The position numbers and the translations under genes are program-made. From positions 55,924,001 to 55,988,000 of the forward strand of contig OX597818.1 in assembly GCA_951406725.2 (NCBI GenBank): a DNA stretch of 64,000 nt, written 5' to 3'. The notes under the pieces are model-generated. The model ran no database searches. It was not told where the DNA came from and saw only the letters and a program-made list of their open reading frames with translations. This DNA comes from Octopus vulgaris. Taxonomy: Eukaryota. Below, piece after piece: positions 37,602 to 51,401 of this stretch (positions are counted from its first letter, which is position 1; each line of letters opens with the position of its first letter).

Positions 37602-38753
37602 CTCTTTACTCTTTTACTCTTTACTTCTTTCAGTCATTTGATTATGGCCATGCTGGAGCACCGCCTTTAGTCGAGCAAATCGACCCCAAGACTTATTCAT
37701 TGTAAGCCTAGTACTTATTCTATCGATCTCTTTTGCTGAACCGCTAAGTTACGGGGACGTAAACACACCAACATCGGTCATCAAGTGATGTTGGTGGGGA
37801 GGGGGACAAACACAGACAGACAAACATATACACACACACGTATATATGTATATATACGACGGACTTCTTTCAGTTCCCGTCTACCAAATCCACTCACAAG
37901 GCTTGGGTCGACCCGAGGCTATAGTAGAAGACACTTGCCCAAGGTGCCACACAGAACCCAGAACCATGTGCATGGGACTGAACCCAGAACCATGTGGTTG
38001 GTAAGCAAGCTACTTACCACACAGCCACTCCTGCGCCTATATATATATTCGTCGAGTTACTTTCAGTTTCCATCTACCAAATCCACTCACGCGGTTTTGT
38101 CAACCCCAAAAAGCCACGCACAGGGACTGAACCCGAAACCCTATGAATGGGAAGCAAAAGTTTCCACCACACACCCACGAAGAATAATGAACGTTATAAA
38201 CTATCCTTCACCAGTCAGACATTACCTAAACATTATCATAACATCTTAAATGAATAATAGCCACATATTCATTGAACATAAGCTATTTTTATGGCTTCAA
38301 AGCGGAAGCTCATGGCCCTTTCCAGAGCCTTTCAGATATGTCGGAGGAAAGGGGCTTTCCTGTTGTGTGTTGTCAATAAATGGCAGTATTTTAATCGCTC
38401 TGTTCAATATGGCGACAATGTCTGTGAATGAAATGACAGGGAGGGCGCATGTCACATATTTTGGGGCTTTTTTTACTCATTTATTCAAATATTCATGGAT
38501 GTTATTTATGTAAAGATAACAGTTTTACATGTGTGTTTTGTCAAATTTAACAAACATATATGTATGAATACACACACACACACACACACATACACACACA
38601 CACACATATATATATATGTATACACATATATAAACATATGTGTGTGTATAACTGAAAAAATTAGAGTCAACAAGAAGTACAGTTGCACATGTATGTATAT
38701 ATATATATATATATATACATACATGCATACATACTTATTCATGTTGATGTACG

Positions 38754-38806
<53 letters not shown>

Positions 38807-39859
38807 GTGTGTATACATATGTATATACACACACACATATATATATATATATATGCATGTGTGTATATATATATATATATATACACATTATATATATGTA
38901 TATATATATGTATGTGTATGTACATATGTGTGCGTGTTTATACATATATATATATATATATGTATGTATATATGTATATATATGCCTGTATGTATGTGTA
39001 TATGTATGTAAATATATATATATTCATGCATGTATATATGTGAACATATGTGTATCAATATAAGCATGACTACACATAAACACACACACACACACACAAT
39101 CACACACAAACACACACATTCTTACCCCCACCCACTCACCCCCACCCCCCCCCACACACACACATGGCAACGTGTCTATGTAAGTGTTTGTAAGAATCTA
39201 TAAGGAAAGAGGAAATATTAATATTTTTTCACGTGTCGTTCATGTGTTTTCAACATTTCGTATGGCAATCTCTTCTCGTCTCCAACGGAATAAAATTACA
39301 TTTTAAGATGACACAATGGGGAACAAAAGGATTTGAAAGTATGGTAATTGAGGATAAAATTCCTGTAAAGTTCTGACTTAATTATTATCCCCGTTCATTG
39401 CCAAAATCTGCTGAATTCCTTCTTTTTCCCTGCTAAAATGTTTACCACATTTGCAGAGAACTGGGTTTTCAGGGACATATATCTTACAGTATAGACAGGT
39501 TTTATAGCAAATCATATACGCTAGTTAACAAGGGTATAGATTATGAGCTGGTATAGTTTAAGAGAGATTTAGATTGAGACAAAAGCAGTGTCTTTTTGTT
39601 TGTTTTATATGACAGTGGTTTATTGCTATCTCGTAGCAGTGATCGACATTCACTTTGCCGTATTTAAAATACTTGACTTTAAGATAATTGTGTTAAGGTT
39701 TTCTGTGCTAATGTCCTGAACAAGAGGTATTAAACTACATCCGGTGATGAGGCTACAGCTCGATAACTCAGACGTTTTTTTTGGGGGGGGGGGGATATTG
39801 CGTTATCCCTTAGCCATCATTATTCCCAAATTTGCTCTGATTCGGAGTAGTGTTAGTGC

Positions 39860-40063
39860 CCCCCAGTTATAGGACAAATAGCACCTCCAGTTATAGGACA
39901 AATAGTACCTCCAGTAATAGGACAAATAGTACCCCCCCCCCGTTATAGGACAAATAGTACCCCCCAGTTATAGGACAAATAGTACATCCCAGTAATAGGA
40001 CAAATAGTACCCCCTAGTTATAGGACAAATAGTACCCCCCCCCCCCAGTTATAGGACAAATAG
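39860..40063. repeat. Minisatellite, 8 copies of a 24-31-bp unit
   Basis: (cc)cagttataggacaaatagtac with a variable C-run. Confidence 0.9.
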
Positions 40064-40119
40064 CAAAGATTACTCTGTTACAAAAGCATGGAGGACATGG
40101 AAAAAAACTGGCACCAGCT

Positions 40120-40146
<27 letters not shown>

Positions 40147-40151
<5 letters not shown>

Positions 40152-40480
40152 CCCAAGTCTACTGTGGCCGGTCTGTATTACTACCAAAGCCCTAGTTACC
40201 GCAGTTTTACGATAAACAACAAAAGATTGTTCTATAACTAAGACATAAAGGGCTCCGAGAAAGGCTGACATGAATGTGCGAGTGAACTCCCAAGTTCACT
40301 CTGGCCCAGATGGTATTACTGCCAAAGACCCAGTTATAGCAGTTTCACGATAAATAGCAAAATATGATCCTGGAATTTAGGTGTAGAGGGCTCCGAGAAA
40401 GGTTGACACTCGTATGCTTGTGTACTCCGAGTTCATTCTGGCTTGGATGATATTACTGCCAAAACGTCAGTAATAGTAAA
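40147..40480. repeat. Diverged about 137-bp tandem repeat, about 2.5 copies
   Basis: actcc(c)aagt..tattactgccaaag..agggctccgagaaaggYtgaca recurs at about 40149, 40286 and 40424. Confidence 0.75.
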
Positions 40481-41448
40481 ATAGTACAAGACTGGACTCG
40501 GCGGAAGGCTGGCCCTGAACATGTGTCGCACTGTTCTACCATGTGTGTGTGTGGACATGCCTTGATGTCACATGGACCAGTCCCCTGCTTAAGAGCTAGA
40601 GATACTCTCTGCCTCAAGAGCAAACTCAGGTGAGTAGGAGACAAGAAGAGTAAGCTGTGAATAAATCAGTCGAAGGCAACGGAAAAATAAAGAAAAGTTA
40701 TGACCCTTCAGGTTTTGGCATTGAGGCCTTGATTGCTGACTCCTGCAGACATCGTACATAGAGAGAGAGCGAGAACAGAGAGAGAATTAGTGTAAATGGG
40801 TGGGAGAGAGAGAGCGGGTAGAGAAAAAGAGAGAGTGAGAGAGGTTACTATTTCCCGTAATAATTAGAAATAACAGCCGCTTATTGTAAATACTTCATCA
40901 AAACAAGCAAATTAAAGATCCCCAACGTAGTCGCTAAACTCGCTAGACAGAGCAGCCATATCTCCCTAAATTACTCTTTACTATCTTAAGAATTGACGAC
41001 CATTCAATGTTGAAATATCTCCGTACTATATATATATAGTACTTCGTTGTTTGTTCTATGTATGGTGAATGTGTAAGACTCGGAGTATCTATGTTTGCTG
41101 TTTCGTAAGTCCAAATGAACTCAATGTTATTTTACTGTTCTCATTGGTTGCCAAAATACACACCTGTGTGGCTGTGAGGTAAGAAGTTTGCCCTCCAACC
41201 ACATGATTCTGGGTTCAGTCCCAGAATATTTAACAATTGCAAACCTTAGAAATTGAACCCAGATTGCTATATCCAATGAAAAAGAAAAAAGAAAAACAAC
41301 TAAAGAACACGATGATAATTCGCTAAAATATCTCCAATGTTATCAAAAACATCTGGCAAGTCAAGACTTCGTGTGGATCAGGAACTAATACTAATTTCAT
41401 ATTTGAAGCGATTTGTTTTCTTAACAACACCATCTCTATGTATTTCAG

Positions 41449-41589
41449 CGCATTTTAGCCACTGACCAGAGGAGAGCAGGCGAAGACAACAGACAACAGT
41501 CAGCAGACGTTAACAGTAAACCTGCAGCAGACCAGAGCGCTGTCACAATGCAAAATGCAATGGATGGCAACGGTAGCGACACACCATAA
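41449..41589 (+). CDS. Candidate terminal coding exon of an unassigned gene
   Basis: Acceptor tctctatgtatttcAG, then an open phase-0 frame RILATDQRRAGEDNRQQSADVNSKPAADQSAVTMQNAMDGNGSDTP-TAA in GC-richer unique sequence. AATAAA occurs at about 41918 and 42007. No recognisable homology. Confidence 0.3.
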   Translation, partial: RILATDQRRAGEDNRQQSADVNSKPAADQSAVTMQNAMDGNGSDTP

Positions 41590-42033
41590 CCAACTAACAT
41601 CCAAAAACTCGCGATATCTTTCTTTATTGCTCACAAGGGGGCTAAACATAGAGGAGACAAACAAGGACAGAGAAAGGGATTAAGTCGGTTACATCGACCC
41701 CAGTGCGTAACTGGTACTTTATTTATCGACTCCGAAAGGATGAAAAGCAAAGTCGACCTCGGCGGAGTTTGAACTCAGAACGTAACGGCAGACGAAATAC
41801 CTCTAAGCATTTCGCCCGGCGCGCTAACGTGTCTGCCAGCTCGCCGCCCTCAGAAACTCACGATAGTGGCTAATCTCATACGGTTATAGGACAATTTGCT
41901 GTAACCATTTTTACCATAAATAAATTTGCCGTAAGAAATTTCGTTCCAAATGACCACATCACGTTTTTTTTTTTTTGTTTTTTTTTTTTTTTAATGTTTG
42001 ACGTTGAATAAAGACTTGTGTATTTAATGTTTT

Positions 42034-42309
42034 GGCATTCTTTCGATATAACTCGACAAAATCAAAACATTACACTTCGGGTATTTCCGTGGAGGTAAAT
42101 GACAGTTCGATTCTGTTTTCTGCTTGGAAATTTGCGGGTTTTTATATACACACATGTAACAGGTAAGAACAAATATGCAAGGCTTTTTTGTCTTCAAGTT
42201 TAAAATGAGACATTGGCTGGCATAATTTCGTTATATCTATACTCCACAACCCAGGGAAATATCCGAAGTGAAATGTTCTGATTTTGTCGAGTTATATCGA
42301 AAGAATGCC
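42034..42309. mobile_element. MITE with about 55-bp TIRs (Mutator/hAT-like)
   Basis: ggcattctttcgatataactcgacaaaatc... / ...gattttgtcgagttatatcgaaagaatgcc. Flanks aatgtttt / aatgcttt resemble an 8-bp TSD. Confidence 0.75.
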
Positions 42310-42422
42310 AATGCTTTTATAGAACCTCTTATTGTTCCTTTTATTATTTTTTAAAATGCTGATATTATACACTTTATCGTTGTCCATATGGCGAATTTAT
42401 CTCGGGCGAATTTTCCTATACG

Positions 42423-42590
42423 GCGAAATTTCCAAATATGCGAAATTTCCGAATATGCGAAATTTCCGAATATGCGAAATTTCCGAATATGCGAAATTTC
42501 CGAATATGCGAAATTTCCGAATATGCGAAATTTCCAAATATGCGAAATTTCCGAATATGCGAAATTTCCGAATATGAAATTTCAGAATAT
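42423..42590. repeat. 17-bp minisatellite, about 9-10 copies
   Basis: gcgaaatttccgaatat repeated. Confidence 0.95.
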
Positions 42591-42710
42591 CTCATACTCA
42601 GTCCAACAAGAACAAGATTCGGATAGTCTTGGTACTTGTCTTTTGTAGAAACGACAGCATTTTTGTTAAAGGTAAAAAGAAATTTTTTTTATCAGATCTC
42701 TAAGAGAGAT

Positions 42711-42874
42711 AGGCGCAGGAGTGGCTGTGTGGTAAGTAGCTTGCTAACCAACCACATGGTTCCATGTTCAGTCCCACTGTGTGGCACCTCAGGCAAGTGT
42801 CTTCTACTATAGCCTCGGGCCGACCAGAGCCTTGCGAGTGGATTTGGTAGACGGAAACTGAAAGAAGCCCGTCG

Positions 42875-42934
<60 letters not shown>

Positions 42935-43095
42935 CGCAGGAGTGGCTGTGTGGTAAGTAGCTTGCTAACCAACCACATGGTTCCATGTTCAGTCCCACTG
43001 TGTGGCACCTCAGGCAAGTGTCTTCTACTATAGCCTCGGGCCGACCAGAGCCTTGCGAGTGGATTTGGTAGACGGAAACTGAAAGAAGCCCGTCG

Positions 43096-43165
<70 letters not shown>

Positions 43166-43330
43166 CGCAGGAGTGGCTGTGTGGTAAGTAGCTTGCTAAC
43201 CAACCACATGGTTCCATGTTCAGTCCCACTGTGTGGCACCTCAGGCAAGTGTCTTCTACTATAGCCTCGGGCCGACCAGAGCCTTGCGAGTGGATTTGGT
43301 AGACGGAAACTGAAAGAAGCATGTTGTATA
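42711..43330 (+). repeat. Tandem triplication of the family B 5' half plus (TA)n
   Basis: Units start at about 42711, 42932 and 43163 and share private variants (ttccatgttcag, cacctcaggc, ccagagccttgcgag). Confidence 0.9.
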
Positions 43331-43362
43331 TATATATGTGTGTGTGTTTGTGTGCGTGTGTG

Positions 43363-43394
<32 letters not shown>

Positions 43395-43662
43395 AGTGGA
43401 TTTGGTAGACGGAACGTCGCATATGTATGTATGTGTGTGTATGTTGTGTATCTGTGTTTGTCCCCCCCCCCCAACATCACTTGACAACCGATGCTGGTGT
43501 GTTTAGGTCCCCGTAACTTAGCGGTTCGGCAAAAGAGACCGATAGAATAAGTACTAGGCTTACAAAGAATAAGTCTTGGGGTCGATTTGCTCGACTAAAA
43601 GGCGGTGCTCCAGCATGGCCGCAGTCAAATGACTGAAACAAGTAAAAGAGAGTAAAAAGAGT

Positions 43663-43698
<36 letters not shown>

Positions 43699-44562
43699 AC
43701 AGACAGACAGACAAACAGACAGCTCCTCTTGCTTCCTATCTGTTTCAGGCTTTGTTTCGTTCCAGCCGAAAGGCTGCACGTCGCTGTCTCTTGTTAACTC
43801 TTTAGTAATCCACTTCGTACCATTTCTGCTTTTTCGTGAGGCATCGGTGATTATGATTTGATGGTGATAATGATGACGGCGACGACGACGACGTTGGTGA
43901 TGATAACAACTGTGGTGATGGTGGAGGTGGTTTTCGTGACGGTGATGATGATGATGATGATGAGGGTGGAGGAGGAGAAGGATCATTAGGATATCGAGGA
44001 AAAGACGGGGTCAAGCAGTACGATTCTTATTGTTGCTACAATTAATTAGGTGGTGTGAGAAGTTTATACTCAAATCCGGAAGTAGCTGATTCGATACAGA
44101 ATTGGGGAGCCAACCCAAGGAAAGCTGGTTCGTATTGTGCACTTAGCATCGATTCTGTTGTACCCATAAACAATGCAATTAACTTCGAAAAATCTACTAT
44201 ACAAACGAAATTACGGAGTGGGGATAGATATTGGGGTAAAAAATAAACTTGGAAAGAAAATCTAGAATCCGTGAGTCATTGAGGGGGTGTCCGTGAGTCA
44301 TTGAGGTCGTTTAACGTGAGGGAAATAACACACAAACCTCCCTCAAATCCGAATTTTCTACCTTTACGCTTGTGAAGGTGAGAAGGAAAAAATATTTGCA
44401 GGAAGAGATGCAGGCTTGGCTGTGTGGTAAGAAGCTTGCTTCCCTATCACATGGTTCTGAGTTCAGTCCCACAGCGTGGCACCTTGTGTTATGGTCTTCT
44501 ATTGTAGCCACGGATCGACCAAAGTCTTGTAAGTGGATTTGGTGGACAGAAACTGAAAGGCT

Positions 44563-44975
44563 GCGAGCTGGCAGAAACGTTAGCACGCTGGGCGAAATGC
44601 GTAACCGTATTTCGTCTGCCGCTACGTTCTGAGTTCAAATTCCGCCGAAGTCAACTTTGCCTTTCATCCTTTCGGGGTAGATTAAATAAGTACCAGTTAC
44701 ACACTGGAGTCGATATAATCGACTTAATCCCTTTGTCTGTACTTGTTTGTCCTCTCTGTGTTTAGCCCCTTCTGGGTAGTAAAGAAATAGGTATTTCGTC
44801 TACCGCTACGTTCTGAGTTCAAATTCCACCGAATTCAACTTTGCCTTTCATCCTTTCTGGGTCGATAAATTAAGTACCATTTACGCACTGGGGTCGATGT
44901 AATCGACTTAATCCCTTTGTCTGTCCTTGTTTGTCCCCTCTATGTTTAGCCCCTTGTGGGCAATAAAGAAATAAG
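44563..44975 (+). mobile_element. SINE family A, representative copy with duplicated body
   Basis: Head gcgagctggcagaaacgttagcacg..gagttcaaattcc and core gactttgcctttcatcctttcggggtcgataaattaagtacc, resembling the Meta-SINE central domain as recalled. Other copies at about 1490-1685+, 1870-2080-, 8540-9110+, 10460-11000+, 22253-22715+, 22820-23030-, 35605-35768-, 41617-41848-, 47980-48340-, 52295-52640-, 52999-53210+. Confidence 0.85.
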
Positions 44976-45410
44976 AAACTGAAAGAAGCCACTTGACAAC
45001 TGATGTTGGTCTGTTTACATACTCATAATGTAGCGGTTCCACAAAATAAATCGATAGAATAAGTACCAGGCTTTACAAAGAAAAAAAGCACTGGGGTCGA
45101 TTCGTTCGACCAAAAGCTCTTCAAGACGGTACCCCAGCATGGTCGCAGTCTAATGACTAAAACAAGCGAAGGATATACATTTCTATGAGTGTTAATGTTC
45201 GGCTTCACTCTTTTACTCTTTTACTTGTTTCAGTCATTTGACTGCGGCCGTGCTGGAGCACCACCTTTAGTCAAGCAAATCGACTCCAGGACTTATTCTT
45301 TGTAAGCCTAGTACTTATTCTATCGGTCGCTTTTGCCGAACCGCTAAGTTACGGGGACGTAAACACACCAGCATCGATTGTCAAGCGATGTTGGGGGGGA
45401 CAAACACAGA

Positions 45411-45482
<72 letters not shown>

Positions 45483-46423
45483 CATACATATATACGACGG
45501 GCTTCTTTCAGTTTCCGTCAACCAAATCCACTCACAAGGCTTTGGTCGACCCGAGGCTGTAGTAGAAAACACTTGTCCAAGGTGCCACGCAGTGGGACTG
45601 AACCCGGAACCTACACCCTATGTACACACAAATGCTTTGGTATTAATAAATAAATAAAAAAAAACTGGATTAGCAATCACCGTCGATGTGATAGATGCGC
45701 ATTTTGGGGATTAGTTGCCAGATGCCGATAGTTGGAGAACTGAAGGTGCCAGGGGAGAAGGTAATAGGGGTTAGGTTTAGATGTGAGCATAATGGGGGCA
45801 GTTCAATGATCCGAAACATTCGTTATAATGTGTGTATGTAAGTGTTCGTGTGCGTAGGACAGAGAGAGAGAGAGAGAGAGGTGGGGGGAGAAAGAGATAG
45901 GCGTATGACGGGGTGGAAGGAGGTGTATAATATAGAGGTGAGGATGGGTGTGGATCTGTAAATGCTAATGTGGAATACGTACGGCATTGTCGTTATAAAG
46001 TCGCGGCCTGAACAAACAGGAAGTAGCTTTAGTGATGTTGCCATCTGGCAACAGCTGGACAACAACAGCGGTGGTGGAGGTGGCGGTGGCGATGGAATTT
46101 CTCGCAGTGACAGCGGAGGCGGCGATGATGGTGATATTGTTGTTGTTGTTATCATTATTGTTGTTGTTGGTGGTGCTGGTGGTAGTGTGTATGGTGCGGC
46201 GTTGGTGGTGTTTGTTGTTAATAGTAAAGGTTCTATAATTTGGTTTCGCCATTATTACGACCAAGGACAGGCTGGAGCACTGCTTTCATGGCGGTATATA
46301 TGTATATGTATATGTATATGTATATATATGTTCATATACATATACATACACATAGAGAGATACTCATACATATACACACATACATACATATATACATACA
46401 TACATGCATTTATACATACATGC

Positions 46424-46509
<86 letters not shown>

Positions 46510-46731
46510 CGGTGAGACCTCATAATTTTCAACGGTGGTGCCCTAGCATGGCCGCAGCTTTCGGGCTGAAACATATTTAAGGATTTATATATATATATAT
46601 ATTCATATATATATGTGCGTGTTTGTATACATTCTTTTATTCTTTTACTTGCTTCAGTCATTTGACTGCGGCTATGCTGGGGCACCGCCTTTAGACGATG
46701 GTAGAGAGACAAGCACAGACACACAACTACA

Positions 46732-46812
<81 letters not shown>

Positions 46813-47140
46813 GTGCAAAACGCTCCCCGTCCAATGGACGGTGCTGAGTTGTCAAAAATTTAAACTAAATTTTCTCAAAACAACTTGTCCGTCCGTCCCA
46901 TAGGCCTCCACTTTGAGAAACACTGATTTAACCAAGCAATCATGTTTGTGTATGTGGTGTTGATAAGTCACGGAAATGGCGAAACATCGATGTTCATCAC
47001 TCCAGGATGGGATTAAAGGTGAGTTATCTCGCTTGCCCATGACCTTCAGATGTTTTAACACTCGGCGTCCCAGAGAGTATTCTCCAACACGCTAAGTTGC
47101 AGCCTACTGTTACTATTTTATATTTGAATACACACACACA

Positions 47141-47211
<71 letters not shown>

Positions 47212-48343
47212 AATGGAACAAAAACGCAATAGAGGACAATAAAACATTCGGACAGAAAGACGATAGATAGGCAGACAAGAGAAACAACAAATAGGACAAG
47301 GGAAAACAGACGAGTCATTCGTGGCCTTCTTTCCTCAGTCAAGTTACCGGAAGTCCTTACTGTTTCGGGCAGTTACACTTGATACAGTTTGATCTAGTTG
47401 CCCCCAAAAAAGTCTAGGCTAAGAGCATTAAATTTTATAAGAAAGCTAGCAAATGTGTATGGCAGACAAAGACAAAAAACGGACAACATTGTACACAATT
47501 ACAAATACAAACAACAAGAATATAACAACATGTGTCTTTCGACTGACAACGAATCAAATTGAGCTGCCGTGTATGAAACATATATATATATCTGTGAGTG
47601 TGTTATAAAACCACACATAATATATATAAGACACACAAAGAATATCGCTACATCCTCGTCAGTTATCGTCCAAATGATTGCAGCAATTTCATGCCTTTAA
47701 CTATATCAGTGTGTGTGCGCGCGCGCGTTTGTATAGATATATAAATAAATGTACGTATATATATTATATGTAGAAAAATACAAACTAGGACAAGAACGTA
47801 AAACATTTAGAAGACGATACAAAAAGCACGGACGGGACATTCGAAGCCTTCAATCTTCAGTCAAGAACCGGATCATCCTAGCAATTTCGGCTGATTAATC
47901 TTGAGGAGGTGGTGGAGGAGAAGGAAGAGGGGGAGCAGGAGGAGCAGGAGGACGCACAAAACCTCATATTTGGGAGAAATGATTAGGTCGATTACATCGA
48001 ACCCAGTGTGTAATTGGTACTTAATTTATCGACCCCGAAAGGATGAAAGGCAAAGTCGGCCTCGGCGGAATTTGAACTCAGAACGTAGCGGTAGACGAAA
48101 TCCCTATTTCTTTACTACCCACAAGGGGCTAAACATAGAGGGGACAAACAAGGACAAACAAACGTATTAAGTCGATTACATCGAGAACAGTGCGTAATTG
48201 GTACTTAATTTATCGACCCCGAAAGGATGTAAGGCAAAGTCGACTTCAGCGGAATTTGAACTCAGAACGTAGCGGCAGACGAAATACGGCTACGCATTTC
48301 GCCCGGCATTTCGCTAACGTTTCTGCCAGCTCGCCGCCTTTAT

Positions 48344-48432
<89 letters not shown>

Positions 48433-48438
48433 TAATAA

Positions 48439-48500
<62 letters not shown>

Positions 48501-48501
<1 letters not shown>

Positions 48502-49059
48502 ATGCCCTGATGCAGTACCAGGCAGAGGCCCTCATGGCTTCTGATCTTAACTGATTGGGAGTGTTATCATGTACATTGTTCTGTCTTGGTATAAAAGATG
48601 GGCTACAGCAAATATTCTGCTCAATACCACAGATTTGCTTGTCAGTTGTTTGACTTTAACCAGTTGAGCATGTCCCTTAGTGGCTGACGATATGTGCATC
48701 TCTGATCACGAACAGAAGTAGTGGGGGAGCATCATAGCCATGTGTTGAGAGGGATTCTTTGGGGTTTGAATAATTCACCTCTGGAGACATGGGAGGGTTT
48801 TTTCAACATCCTTAAACAACCCTTATTCAGGGACCGTTTGAGCGGGATGGGCTACTCAACCTGAAGAAAATTCTAACTGGGCCCCACCTGCAAGGTCATG
48901 TGCAGTTTATCTTGATATGAGATCACCATGCCGCGCACATATGGTTGTGATGCATGTGCCTGGTATGCCCTTATCAGACGGGTAGTCATGATGGGTATAT
49001 TGGGCTTCGTATATTTTACCCCAGTGTCACTTTGATGGCATGAACTGCTCTCTCACTCA
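48501..49059. repeat. Interspersed repeat bounded by long (AAT)n tracts
   Basis: A decayed partial homolog lies at about 14695-14840 (gggggagcatcatagccatgtgttgagagg...). Confidence 0.6.
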
Positions 49060-49082
49060 ATAATAATAATAATAATAATAAT

Positions 49083-49144
<62 letters not shown>

Positions 49145-50223
49145 GTGCACTCAGAGAGCGCAAACCCCTGCCAAGGCAACACCAACGTCTCCTCAACGAT
49201 TAGCCAGGGAGGATTTTTAAAATGAGGATATCTGAAATAAACTCCACTGCTCTCACAAACAAGAATACTAAAAATGAACACGATCGCTCTCAAAAATTGA
49301 ATTTAAAAAAAAGGTTAAATAATCCAGAATCCTTGTCCGATCCCAAAATCTAATCAGTTTGTGCCAGTCACGAGCCTAAATTCCCTGAAAGTTTCATTCG
49401 AATCCATCCAGCGGTTCTTGAGATATCTTGTTCACGGACAAACAAACACGCCTGAAAACAATACCTTCTCCTTCGCTAAGGCCGAGGTTGTTGTTGTTGT
49501 TCTTGTTTGTTCCTTCTCGAGCCACGCGTGGTTCATAAGAGCCGGTTTCCCGGTTTCCTTAGCGTATAATTTTCCCACCTGGGGGGGACGCCGGTCCGTC
49601 GCAGGTGAGCTGCAAGATGCAGGAGGGAAGAATGAGAGAAAGTTGTGGCGAAAGAGTCAGCAGAAGTTCGCCTTTACCTTCTGCCGGAGCCGCGTGGAAA
49701 TTAGGTGTTTCGCTCATAAACACACACATCGCCCTGTCTGAGATTCGAATCCACGATCCCTCAACCGCGAGTCCGCTGCTCTAACCACTAGGTCATGTGC
49801 CTCCACCAAAACTGTTCCTTCTCGAGCCATGCTAGGCTCATAAGGGCTGGTTTCCCGGTTTCAGTGGCGTAGAAAATCCGTCGCAGGATTACTCCTTTTT
49901 GCCAGCTGAGTGGACTGGAGCAACGGGAAAATGAAGTGTTTTGCTCAAGAACACAACGCATCGCCCAGTCCAGGAATCGAAACCACAACCTTACGATCAT
50001 GAATTCAACACCCTAACCACTAAGCCACGCGCCTCCACATAAGGCGGAGGTAATAATACTAAATTAGCCTTTTTCTGTGTCTAAGGAAAGAGAGAAGTAA
50101 AACGACATTTTTTGATGGAATAAATTGTTTGAGAGGAGTTTGATATGACAACGCTGTTCCTTACTATCCATCAAACGGGCGGCAAAGGGTAAAGCTTTTG
50201 TTTTTTTCTTCTGATGGTAAGAG

Positions 50224-50810
50224 TGTGGTGGCGTTGGCAGTGGTGGTGGTCGTCGTCGTCGTGGTGCTACTGCTGCTGATAGTGTGCGGTGGTGGTAGTG
50301 GTTTTCAGGGTTGTGGTAGTGGTGGTGCTGGTGGTGATGATGATGGTGGTGGTGGTGGTGGTGACGGGGGTGGTGGTGGTGGTGGTCGTCGTCGTCGTCG
50401 TTCTACTGCTGCTGATAGTGTGCGGTGGTGGTAGTGGTGGTGGTAGTGGTTTTGGGGGTTGTGGTAGTGGTGGTACTGGTGGTGATGATGATGGTGGTGG
50501 TGGTGGTGGTGATGGTGGTGGAGGTGGTGATGATGGTGGTGGTGGTGGTGGTAGTGACGGAGGTGGTGGTGGTGACGGAGGTGGTGGTGGTGTGGTGATG
50601 ATGGCGGTGGTGGTGGTAGGGATGGCGGTGGTGGTGATGGTGGTGGTGGTGGTGGTGGTTGTAGTGGTTGTGGTGGTAGTGGTGGTAGTGGTGTTGATGG
50701 CGGTGGTGTTGGCCATCGTGGTAGCGGTGGTGGTGGTGGTGGTCGTCGTCGTCGTGAAGGCAATGGTGGTGGTAGTAGCCAAGCTAATTCCGACGACGGT
50801 GGCGGTGGAT
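50224..50810. repeat. (GGT)n/(GTC)n low-complexity tract with an internal duplication
   Basis: The block ctactgctgctgatagtgtgcggtggtggtagtgg occurs twice (about 50267 and 50403). Confidence 0.9.
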
Positions 50811-51112
50811 GTTGGAAAAACAAAGAGTATATACCTATATATATATGAATTGCCATTCTCACCTTGATAGAAAGAAAAACAAAACAACCCCCCAAGAACC
50901 CCCCAGCCCGGTTTCAGTCTGCCATCTTCGTAAGGGAAAAATCTCTGTTTCACCTTGATGAAACTCTAGATCTCATTTGAATGGAATCATAAATTGATTA
51001 TTAATGAAACACACAACACCTCCCCCACCACACATATACATACATAGGTGTATGTGTGTATATATATATATATATACACACACATATGTATATGTATGTA
51101 TATGTATATATA

Positions 51113-51168
<56 letters not shown>

Positions 51169-51364
51169 TATATGTATATGTATGTATATATATATATATA
51201 CATGTACACACACACATATAAATATAAATGCATATTCATATAAATACACATATATACATGTGTGTATCGATATACGCATGCATAAACATACATATATATA
51301 TAGACATATATACACATGTGTTTAAATGTGTATGTGTGTGTGTGTGTCTGTGTGCCTATATATA

Positions 51365-51401
<37 letters not shown>

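Noticed and set aside
42332-42648. Repeat protein MRNFRICEISEYAKFPN, or a CRISPR-like array
   Set aside because: A 17-bp unit cycling through all frames, with no unique spacers, no cas genes and a eukaryotic context.
47520-47880. Further CUGACGA/CUGAAGA...GAA motifs on the minus strand
   Set aside because: I could not build consistent stems I-III, so they are not called as hammerheads.
50198-50953. Long poly-Pro/Thr/His/Gly/Val ORFs (extensin- or mucin-like)
   Set aside because: They are translations of a (GGT)n tract that is open in several frames on both strands, with no splice or domain evidence.
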